NCBI GenBank assembly: GCA_000388065.2
Contig: KB932203.1
Origin: Fonticula alba ATCC 38817
Taxonomy: Eukaryota > Protista > Nucleariida
Reading direction: 5' to 3' (one strand)
Length of the DNA stretch: 20,137 bases
The first letter of the stretch is position 1, and each line of letters opens with the position of its first letter. Below the pieces are notes generated by a model that was given only the letters and a program-made list of their open reading frames with translations, ran no database searches and was not told where the DNA came from. The translations under genes and the position numbers were made by a program. Shown in pieces: positions 9,793 through 19,305 of the stretch.

Positions 9793-9866
9793 TGGCCCCA
9801 GCCAGGATCGAACTGACGACCTTCGCGTTATTAGCACGACGCTCTAACCAACTGAGCTATGGGGCC
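9793..9866 (-). tRNA. tRNA-Ile(AAT)
   Basis: The reverse complement GGCCCCATAGCTCAGTTGGTTAGAGCGTCGTGCT-AAT-AACGCGAAGGTCGTCAGTTCGATCCTGGCTGGGGCCA has a canonical A box, B box and all four stems. A T6 run follows. Confidence 0.97.
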
Positions 9867-9960
9867 CTTGTTGGTAAGTGGGCACCTGGATTCTCTTAAA
9901 TCGGCGCCAGCCACGCGCCAAAGCTGGCTTCTGGGTCCGCCCCCCCCCCCCCCCCCCCCC

Positions 9961-10355
9961 NNNNNNNNNNNNNNNNNNNNNNNNNNNNNNNNNNNNNNNN
10001 NNNNNNNNNNNNNNNNNNNNNNNNNNNNNNNNNNNNNNNNNNNNNNNNNNNNNNNNNNNNNNNNNNNNNNNNNNNNNNNNNNNNNNNNNNNNNNNNNNNN
10101 NNNNNNNNNNNNNNNNNNNNNNNNNNNNNNNNNNNNNNNNNNNNNNNNNNNNNNNNNNNNNNNNNNNNNNNNNNNNNNNNNNNNNNNNNNNNNNNNNNNN
10201 NNNNNNNNNNNNNNNNNNNNNNNNNNNNNNNNNNNNNNNNNNNNNNNNNNNNNNNNNNNNNNNNNNNNNNNNNNNNNNNNNNNNNNNNNNNNNNNNNNNN
10301 NNNNNNNNNNNNNNNNNNNNNNNNNNNNNNNNNNNNNNNNNNNNNNNNNNNNNNN
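9961..10355. other. Assembly gap (N run), likely hiding the 5' exon of the PH-RCC1-FYVE gene
   Basis: N run flanked by poly-C. The downstream exon starts at an acceptor within the PH domain. Confidence 0.99.
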
Positions 10356-10388
10356 CCCCCCCCCCCCCCCACCCCCACACTCTCACAG

Positions 10389-13123
10389 GGCAAGCCCCAC
10401 TTCCGCCACTTCGAGTTGACTCCGGATCTTTCGCGCGTGGCGTGGACTTCGCCACGCAAGGCCTCGCACGACGCGTCGGTCCGCCTGGCCGACGTGCGTC
10501 TTCTCATCCGCGGGGCCCAGTCAACACGCGTGTTCCAGTCGAACCCGATCCCGGAATTTGTGGACCTGTCCTTCTCGCTGGTGGTCCCGCCACCGGGCGG
10601 TGCGGCCACCGACCCATCTTGCCGAACGCTGGACGTGGTGTGTAAGGACAAGCGCGAGTTCGATATCTGGATGTGCGGCCTGCGCGCGCTCGTTGACGGG
10701 GGCGCCCGGTCGGTGACGGCATCCGATCCCGGGCGCCTTGCGTCCCTGGCCGAGCAGGTGGCCGCCACATTGACCAGCGATGGCCCGGATGGCGCCTTCG
10801 GGGCCGGGGGCCCAGCTGGTCGGGCTCGCGCGCCGCATGGCGCCGCCGGCGTCACCATGGTGATTGATGCCCAGGGTCGCGAGCGGCTTGAGGTGAGCTC
10901 CGCCGCATCGGACTTGTACACCTGGGGCATTGCCACTGGCGGGCGCCTGGGGCACGGGGGCATTGCCAGCCCGGTGGCCACCGGCCGGACCGGCAATTCC
11001 GATCCCCTGGTGGAGCTCACCCCGCGCGTGGTGGAGGCCCTGCTTGGGCGCGATGTCACCGCGGTGGCGGCCAGTCGCGATTGCTCCTTCGCCATCGCCG
11101 ACGGTGGTGACGTGTTTGCCTGGGGCGCGGGCATCCGCCGCCTGAGGCCCAATGAAATTGTCGGCCGGGACCTTTGGTCACCGCTGGCCGTGGCCCGTTT
11201 GGCCGGCTACTATGTCAGCCAGGTGGCCGCGTCCGACCGCTTCGCCGCGGCCCTCTCCCCCACCTCCGGACGGCTGTACGTTTGGGGTGCCGTCTGGTTG
11301 GACTTGTCGACCGTGGTGGCGGCTGGAAGTGGGGCGGTGGCGGCGGCAGCGGCCGGCACCGATGACGATGATGATGCCGACCTGGATGAGGAATTCGCCG
11401 ACTCGGTCAATGAGGCCATCTGCAGTGCGGCGAAGCCGGTGGCTGAGGGCGGCCAGCCAGCCGCGGCCATGTCCCCGGCCGCCACCACGGCCGATGACGG
11501 TGACGGCGACAGCGACGGCGATGGCGAGGATGACGGTGCGGACTTCGGCGATCTGTCCGAGGGCGACTCTTCCTCCAGCGATGATGAGGTCCTGATTGGT
11601 CATTCGGTGATCTCGACACCGGCGCCGCCGCGTCCGGCTGCCACCGGCGCGGCCCCGGACTCGCGGCGCACCCGGGTGTATCTGACTCCACGGGCCATTC
11701 CCCAGGACCTGTTCGGTGGCCGGGCCATTCGCAGCATCGTCGGCGGGCCGCGCATTTGTGCGGCCATCGACTCCGAGCGGGATCTCTGGCTCTTCGGTCA
11801 TGGGGCCGCGGCCTTTGTCCGAGCCGGGCTGGCGGTCTTTTCGGCGGATGGCCAGCGTGTGACCGCGTACAATGGGCGCCCAGTGCGGGTGGACCTGCCG
11901 GGGCATCTTATCTCGCCCCCCTGGGCCGGGGAGGCGGATGACGCCCATGGGCAGCTCCATGGCGGGGGGTCTGGCGGGTCCCCGAGCACGGAGCACCAGC
12001 GCGTTCGTGTGCACCAGGTGTCCATCGGGGCCGGGCATGTGGCGGCCATCTGCTCCGGGGAGGATGTCCTCTCGCTGGAGGCACGCTTCCTGGTGATGTG
12101 GGGCGACAACAGCAGCGGCCAGTGCGCCATCGATCCGACCATGCTGCCATACCTGTCCCAGCCGCGGGCATACCACACGCAGGACTATGTGCCGGTGGAG
12201 GTGGCCTGTGGGCATTATCACACGTTGCTCCGGCCGCTGCCCGGTGCTAGTGCCCATTCGCCGGTGCTCTTTTCCTGCGGTGCTGGCGCGGCCGGCCAGC
12301 TGGGTCTCGGCTTCGACATCCGCCCGGACTATGTGGCTTCCTTCCAGCCGGTGACCTTCCCGGCGGCCTGGCTCCCGGCTGCGGCTGGCGGCGTCAATGC
12401 TGTAACTGCTTCGCTGCAAAGCCCGGCCCCGACGGTGGCCGCACTGCGATGCATCTCGGCTGGCGAGCGTCAGTCCGCTGCTGTGACCGGTGCGCTTTCA
12501 CTCTTTCCATCTCTCGCCCTCCCTTTCTCTCTCTCTCCTTCCCCCTCGTCCATCTCTTCTGACCTGCTCTTCTTTTTCTGCATGTCACAACCAACCCTGC
12601 TCTCCCCCTCTCCTTCCCTCCGCCGGTGGGGTGGCTGTGTCTCAGACGCCGGGCAGCTGTTCTTCTGGGGCACGCACCTGCCGCCGACGCACGGCCTGAA
12701 CGCCATGATGACCAGCCATCAGCTGGCTCTGACTTGCGCCCCGCAGCTGGTCGAGTCGACCGCCGACAAGATGGTCCGTTACGTCAAGTGCGGTGCCAAG
12801 CACACCCTGGCCGGGGTGGCGCACGGCTGGGTCCCGGACCACGAGGCCAAAGAGTGTATGGCTTGCAAGAAGCGCTTTACGCAAATCCGCCGCCGGGTAC
12901 GTGCAGGCATATGCCTGCCGATTGTTGCCATCCCTCCCGCCTGCCGGTGCACATCGCGTCGCCCCCAAAATCTGACACCAGCCCCATCCAGCACCATTGT
13001 CGCAAGTGTGGCGGTGTTTTCTGCGGTTCGTGCTCCAGCAAAAAGTTCCCCCTGCTGGACAGGGGCTTTTCCGAGCCGGTGCGCGTGTGCGACAAGTGCT
13101 ATGGCATGCTGTCGCGCGGGTGA
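10389..13123 (+). CDS. PH, RCC1-repeat and FYVE domain protein (PRAF/RLD-like), 5' partial; join(<10389..12489,12646..12896,12992..13123)
   Basis: The acceptor CTCACAG| opens into GKPHFRHFELTPDLSRVAWTSPRK...FSLVV...TLDVVCKDKREFDIWMCGLRALV, a PLC-like PH domain. RCC1 blades follow: LYTWG...GRLGHG, VAASRDCSFAIADGGDVFAWG, VSIGAGHVAAI, WGDNSSGQCA, VACGHYHTLL, FSCGAGAAGQLGLG, ISAGERQSAAVTDAGQLFFWG, VKCGAKHTLA. The C-terminal FYVE domain reads WVPD..[32 protein letters not shown]...VRVCDKC after removing introns 12490-12645 and 12897-12991. The first exon or exons probably lie in the gap at 9961-10355. Confidence 0.88.
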
Positions 13124-13261
13124 CCTTGCTCTCTGCCCCCTTCCCGGGCCTTTCCCCTCCCCCGGCCGAAGGTCCCGGGCCCCGTCTTTTTGCCCCTCTC
13201 CCCTGTACCCTCGCTTCTTATCCTGTGTATTCCCCTCGCACTGCCTCGGGCGGACCAATAC

Positions 13262-13420
13262 CACCAGCAGTCGCACCAGCAGTCGCACCAGCAGTCGCAC
13301 CAGCAGTCGCACCAGCAGCCGCCACAGCACCACCACCACCACCACCACCACCACCACCTATGGTAGCAGTGCAGCAGCAGCAGCGGCAGCAGCAGAGGCA
13401 GCAACCGCGGCAGCAACAGC
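13262..13420 (+). repeat. Compound repeat: (CACCAGCAGTCG)x4 plus one variant, (CAC)x10, then a degenerate (GCA)n
   Basis: Read directly: 12-mer units at 13262-13321, CAC x10 at 13328-13357, and a GCA/CAG-rich tract at about 13365-13420. Confidence 0.9.
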
Positions 13421-13856
13421 CCGACTGTTGTGTTCTTGTTTTTCGCTTGCCCGGGACGCTCAGGGGGGGGGTCAGCCGAAGCTCTGGCTTCAGCTGCCAA
13501 CGCTCGGGTTTCTCATGATCGAACAGATGTCCTTTTTCCGTCTGTTGTTCTTTGTCAGCCATCTTGCCCTCGGCCATGTCTCTGGCGATCTGGGTCCGCC
13601 CCGCTTTCACGCCCTTCTCCGGTAGGCTGTTTTTTTCTCCTTCCCCGTCTCCCGGCTGCATCACCACCACCTCGCTTCTTCAGGCCGGGCCCTCAAGCCC
13701 CGAGAATGACCCCAACAGCAGCAGCAACAACACCAACACCAGCAGTGAAATCAGTCTCACTCCCCCCCTCCCTATGCCCGGTGCACTTGCTCTCTTCCTC
13801 GCCCTCCGCCCTTTTTATCCTCCCAATCGTCCCCATTGAGCGGGTCACCCCCTCAG

Positions 13857-16761
13857 ATGGTCATCCCTCCAGTGGCTTCCCTGTCTGGGTTGCTTGCCGG
13901 TGAGCGCCCTACCGGGACGCCATGTCTGGTGGCTCCTTCGCAATCGGCCGACAGCTACTTCGACTGTCCTGCCTCCTGGGTGGAAACCCTTGAAGGCCTC
14001 CAAAGAAAGGTGCGCAACCGGGGAGCCGGCATCCAGGCGAGAATGGGCCCATGATGTTGACATTCTTCCTCAGGGCGGAGTCGGGGCCCTGGTGGTCTTG
14101 CGCCTGGAGATCGCGGCCCACGCCGGGCAGTCCACCCCCCGCGTGTCTTTTGTCCCCTGGAGCGGACGCGAGGCCTCGGCTCATGTTGTTCGACGGGCGG
14201 AAGAGCAATGGCGACAGGCGGAGGCCAGCCTGATTGCCGCACCTCCCAGCTCGGATCCCACCGGCAACAGTTCTTGGCCAATGGGCCTACTGTCGGCGGC
14301 CCTGGCGTCGCTGGTGGCCCCGCTGGCCGAAAGCCCCGAGAGATCCCCCTTGCCGGCCGTGGTCACGGTTGGTGCGCATTTCGGCCGGTGTCTTGGAGGA
14401 CCGCCAGGCACCGAGGAGGATCCCGGCCCATGGCGTGCGTCCGGGACCCTGCTGCTGATCCCAGGCTCGAGCAAGGGCGGCGGATCGGCCACGCCGGTGG
14501 CGGCCCGCAGCCTCCATGTGCGCGCCCTGACTCCGGGCGACTGGACTCTATTGGATCATTCGGCCGAGTTGGCCAGTCAGCGGCTGGTCGAGTGTGGACC
14601 GGTGGTTACTTTGTCCTCGGCAGGTGAGGAGGCGCTGCTGGCCGTGCCGGCAGTTCATGGTCGTGGCGGCGGTGCGGCCTTCTTTCAGATCGGTACGTTC
14701 CTGCCTTGGCACGCAGCGCAAGGCTCTAGGCTGCTGGCCTGTGGCACATTGGCATGGGCGCTGACTCCAAGCATGGTGCCTGGGCGCATAGTCTCCTGCG
14801 ATCCCGAGGGCGTCCCTTTTGTGCGCCTGACCGGAAATACCGAGCTTGTGGTATCGCCGCCAGATGGCCCGGCTCGCGGGGAGTCGGATCCCGAGGCGGC
14901 GGCGGCGGCCGAGTCTGCGCCCGCAACCGTCCGTGCGGCGCCGCCGAAATTTGACACCATGCTGACCAAGCATCTGGACCCGGTGCGGGCGGCTGTGGTG
15001 CAAGACCTGGCACTGGCGTTCGGGATGTCCGATGGGCCTCATGTTTCTGGCACACTCATAGGCATTGACGGGCCAAATGGCAAGACTGCCATCTGCCACT
15101 GGGCACAGGCGTTGGTCAGTCGCCTAGATGTGTTGTGGTCCGTGTGATTTGGCGACATGGGACTCTACCTGGCTGCACCGGACTAACCCCCTCGTTCCAT
15201 GCACACACACGCACGCACACATGTGTACAACTCACTTGCGACTCTTCCAGTGCGACAGAGTTCCTAGACTGCCGGAGTCTGGCGCTTGCACCTCTGCCCC
15301 AGGCACCCGGGCCCACATCCAATGATGGCGAGATGCCAGGTCATGAAGTCTTGTCGGCAGCGCTGCGTGTGCGGGCCGAGCTATTTGGTGCCATGAGTCG
15401 TTGCGTGGCCGCGGCCCTGGATGGAAAGCATGTTCTCTTGGTTCTCGATAACTTGGAGAAGGTAACTGCCTCTTTGTGCAGACATGCCTGCCCTTGCATG
15501 TGGAGCATGCCCTTGTGTGGTTTGCCTCCTATTTCCATTCGTATGACTGACGCCGTGTGTCCAGATTTCGCCTCCCAACTTGCCGATCACCGGGCAGGCT
15601 GATGACCCGGGGGTCCCCCTGTCGTCTTCCGACGGGCGCCTCGTCGGCGAGTATCTCAAAGAGTTGGTGCGCACCGCTCGAAGGGATCTTTCCCGGGCCG
15701 ACGCTCCAACTGGCCGGATTCACATCCTGGCAACGTGCGCCGGGCTCGGGTCCGTGGAGCCTGCACTCTCGCGTGATGCGATTGCCGGCGGGCCGGCGAT
15801 GTTCGCGCGGAAGGTGGCCGGCATGTCGCCCGGGCGCGAGGATCGACGTGTGCTCCTCCTCCAGGCCGCCGGGCTATGTGTCTCCCAGGGTGAAGATGAG
15901 TCACAATCTCCGGGGCCGTTGGCTGGCGATTGGTTCCAGGAGGCGGCCTTTCAGACGGAGGGGTTTTCCTGTCTCGACATTGAGCAAGTGGTGCTGGCGG
16001 CTGGCATTCCGCTTGGCGTCCCGTGCGAGTGCGCGCAGCCCGAACGTGCTGCCATTTGCGGCTTGCCCCGTCGCGACAAGGGCCCCTGCCTTTCGGTGGC
16101 CGAGCGCCTGGTAGACGCTGCCCTCGGGGACTTTGTGCCGGTGGCCCGGCGCGCCACCGCGGATGGCCCATCAGCGGCTGGTGCCCAGGATCGAAGGAAA
16201 GGGGACCTGGCCGACTGGTCGTCCTTCATCGGGTCGGCGGATGCGGTCAACGCCTTGCGAGAGTCCATTGAGGTGTGTTTCCAGCCGTCCTTTCTGCCGC
16301 CCTTTCGGCGGAGCTATCGTTGCCACGGACGTCTGGCTCGTGTGGCCCCGCCCGGTCCCGCTCCATTCTGCCCGGCCAGACCCCGTCCTGACTCCCTCGG
16401 TTCCTCGATAAAAACAATCTCCCTTCCATTCTTCCGGACCCTTCCCATCCCTCGCCGCCCCGGCAGTGGCCCATCCGATACAGCCATCTATTCGGCGAAG
16501 AGGCAACCAGAAGGCGCTCGCCCGGTGTGCTGTTATTTGGTCCCTCAGGATCGGGGAAGACGGCTCTCGGCCTGTTGGCGGCTCGAATGTCCCGTTTGCC
16601 GGTGGTCCATGTGCCCGGGCCATCATCGGTGTTGGATAAGTATGTTGGCGGGTCGGAGCAGCGCGTGCGCGCCCTTTTCGCCCGGGCCCGGGCCAGCCGA
16701 CCGTGCATCCTCTTCTTCGATGAGTTTGAGGCCATCGCCCCCAGGCGTGGTGGGGCGGCAA

Positions 16762-16801
<40 letters not shown>

Positions 16802-17543
16802 GGCCGACATCACCGACCGGGTGGTGAACGCCCTGTTGACCGAGTTGGATGGAGTGGACGGAGGGCTGGAGGGGGTCTTCGTGATGGCGGCCTCTTCGCG
16901 GCCCTGGTGCATTGACCCAGCGCTATTGAGACCCGGGCGCATTGAGCGCCGTGCCGCGCTGGGACTGCCCTCTCTCGAGGAGGCGGCGGGCTTCCTGGCA
17001 TCGCGCGCCATGGAGGCCGGGCTGCGCATTGTGCCCGAGGATGGTGCTGGCCAGGCCACCGGAAAGGGTGTGGACGCCGGTGTGGCTGTCAGGACCGACA
17101 GTCAATCTGGTCCCTCGGAGGGTCATTCGTGGCTCCCTGTGGCCGAGCTTTGCGCCGGGTGGTCCTGCCCCGAGTTGGATGCCCTACTGATGGAGTGCCG
17201 GATGGCGGCACTGCGCCGGGTCTTCGAACACCAGCTGGATCGATCCTCCGGCGAGGGGGCTGGCCCTCCCCCGGGCCTGCAGGTTGGGGCGCCCTTTTTG
17301 GTGAGCATGTCGGACTTGAGGACGGCCCATCGGGCCGTGCGGCCGCATGAGTCACTCCGGCGCCGGAATCTCATGGGCCGAGCTTTCGGGGCCTTCGCCG
17401 CGGGAGACGCCGAGCGCGCGGCCCGCATTGAGCAAGTCCTGGGCCGCTTGCCAGATGAGCGCTTGCCCCCGGCAGGGCCCCATTTGGATGCCCTGATCCG
17501 GGCGCTTGACGGTTCCGGGGTGGGGGAATTATCCCTCGCCTGA
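13857..17543 (+). CDS. PEX1: Peroxisome biogenesis AAA ATPase PEX1; join(13857..14009,14074..15137,15251..15461,15565..16272,16467..17543), about 1070 aa; start codon uncertain
   Basis: The N-domain motif [29 protein letters not shown] resembles the PEX1_N pattern (V.PLT.DDWE.LE..A). D1 is degenerate ([22 protein letters not shown]). D2 reads WSSFIG...LRESIE|WPIRYSHLF...[13 protein letters not shown]...[39 protein letters not shown]...[14 protein letters not shown]...[37 protein letters not shown] and the SRP second region of homology are PEX1-typical. All four introns are GT..AG and restore the frame. Confidence 0.88.
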
Positions 17544-17602
17544 ATTTGTCCCTTGGAGGGGCTGCCTGCGCTTGCTAATGGCTTAGGGTCATGTATGTGG
17601 AA

Positions 17603-17608
17603 AATAAA
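17603..17608 (+). promoter_or_regulatory. Candidate polyadenylation signal (AATAAA) for PEX1
   Basis: AATAAA lies about 60 nt after the PEX1 stop, with TGTA just upstream, in an otherwise GC-rich context. Confidence 0.35.
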
Positions 17609-18900
17609 TCCCCCCACAGTCGTCATCGCGCCAAAAGAGCGGGCAAGGCCCCCCCCCCGCCCCGCCCCTCTCATGGACTGCCAGTGGGTGATTATTTATT
17701 ATCATTCCAACAGACACAGTAGCCTGCTGTGCAGTGGTGCTGCACCGTCTGTCCCACCTCCGAAGGCCCATGTGTGTCGGTGCATGCGTGTCGGACAGGG
17801 GCGGTTTCCGGCCTGCAGTCCTCATTACGGTTTCCTTTTTCAGCGGCGACCATCCCCCTTCAGTGTGCTTATTGTGTCGATGTATAAAAGGGAGGAGGGA
17901 CAGGCGAGGGCGAGGGAGCCGAGAGAATAAACATGAACCTCCAAGGCCCCCCCCCCCCCCCTCTTCCTACTCTCCCTCACCTTCACCCGTTGATTCATTC
18001 CCCCGTCCCCTCCCCGCGATAGGCGCCTGTTCGCGCCTCGCTGCCACTCAGCAGCATCTTTCCGCCTGTCGGTGAGATACTCGGCCCTTGCGGCGGCCAG
18101 TATTCCCTGCTGTTGGGTCTGCTCCCTGAGAAAAGTCCACCAGGCCGTGGGAGAGGATGTGACCTCTTAGTCCGCGATCGACTAAACTGAAGCGATGACT
18201 TAACCGTCACCAGTCCACGTGACAGATCCACCGGATCCCGAGCACGACGATCCGCTGTTCATTGTGACGTCTTCCCGGCTCTCCCCCCCCCCCCCCCCCG
18301 AGGATGGGGCGGGGGAGACACGGGGGCCAATAGTACAAGGGCTTGTGTGGTTTTTCCGCCTGGCCCTATCCCGGTGGTTCTCCTGCCCGCCGCGCCGGGG
18401 CACATCTTCCGCTTTGGTCGTCGCCGGATGAACCCCACGCCCGGTGGCTCTTTGCGCGGCCGCTTGCTCTTCGGTATCCGAGAGATGGTGGGATCCGATA
18501 GGCCCCCCTCCCCCCGCTCTTCGTCTCGTCCTTCGAAGAGAGAGAGAGAGAGACAGAGGGAGGGAGAGGGCGCGAAAGAGGCAGGGCGGGGGCCCTCGTA
18601 TTTTGCGCTCGCCGTGTTCTCACCCCTCCTGCCCCCCCCCCCCCCCCGTCCCGGGGAATTGGCCCCCTTTCTCTCCCTCCGGAGCCGGAGTGCCCCCGTC
18701 TCTCTTCGCCCCCCAGGGAGGCGAGATTTGGGCCCAGGGGCGGGCGGGCGGGCGCGGGAAGCACGTCAGCCTTCGCGGCGGGCCTATCTTGGGGACCGTG
18801 GGAGCGCACCAAGTGCCCACGCACGTTGGCGAGTTTCGTGGGAGCCAAGCTGGCCTGCATTTTTCCGCTGGGGTCCCCAGGCATGAACATCATGCATGAT

Positions 18901-18934
18901 GGGGCCGGGGCCGGGGCCGGGGCCGGGGCCGGGG
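18901..18934 (+). repeat. (GGGGCC)5GGGG hexanucleotide repeat
   Basis: Five perfect GGGGCC units followed by GGGG. Confidence 0.9.
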
Positions 18935-19060
18935 AGGGGCTAAGGCGCGTGTTGTCGGTATTCCCTTGGTGGCCGCTGCCCCTGGCGAGTTCTCCGGCCC
19001 ACCCCAGGGCAACCTTGGCGGCCTGGTTACGCGGGCGCCCGTCGGCGCCCCGGGCCTCAG

Positions 19061-19093
19061 CCCGGCCCGGCCCGGCCCGGCCCGGCCCGGCCC
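19061..19093 (+). repeat. (CCCGG)6 pentanucleotide repeat
   Basis: Six perfect CCCGG units followed by CCC. Confidence 0.9.
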
Positions 19094-19236
19094 AGTGGTC
19101 CCCGCACAAAGTTCCAGGAGTTATTTGCCCCGCCCCCCGCCCCCCTCTCCCCCACAACACGCCCCCTCGTGTGAGCTCCTCTCACATGTTGGAAGCTCCC
19201 ACCCTGTTGGGCCGGGGGCGGAGGGGGGGGGGGGGG

Positions 19237-19305
19237 NNNNNNNNNNNNNNNNNNNNNNNNNNNNNNNNNNNNNNNNNNNNNNNNNNNNNNNNNNNNNNNN
19301 NNNNN
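19237..19305. other. Assembly gap (N run)
   Basis: N run after poly-G. Confidence 0.99.

Noticed and set aside
11178-12419. 413-aa ORF on the - strand
   Set aside because: It is the antisense shadow of the RCC1 exon.
10416-13625. 1069-aa ORF taken as the true protein
   Set aside because: It reads through two introns and loses the FYVE frame after 12896. The spliced model ending at 13123 restores RRHHCRKCG and is preferred.
15115-15120. GTCAGT as the donor of PEX1 intron 2
   Set aside because: Its phase is incompatible with the acceptor at 15250. GTCCGT at 15138 restores the frame (..[15 protein letters not shown]..).
18128-18145. GAGAAAAGTCCACC resembling the RNase P/MRP CR-I motif
   Set aside because: No matching CR-V strand for the P4 helix is visible downstream.
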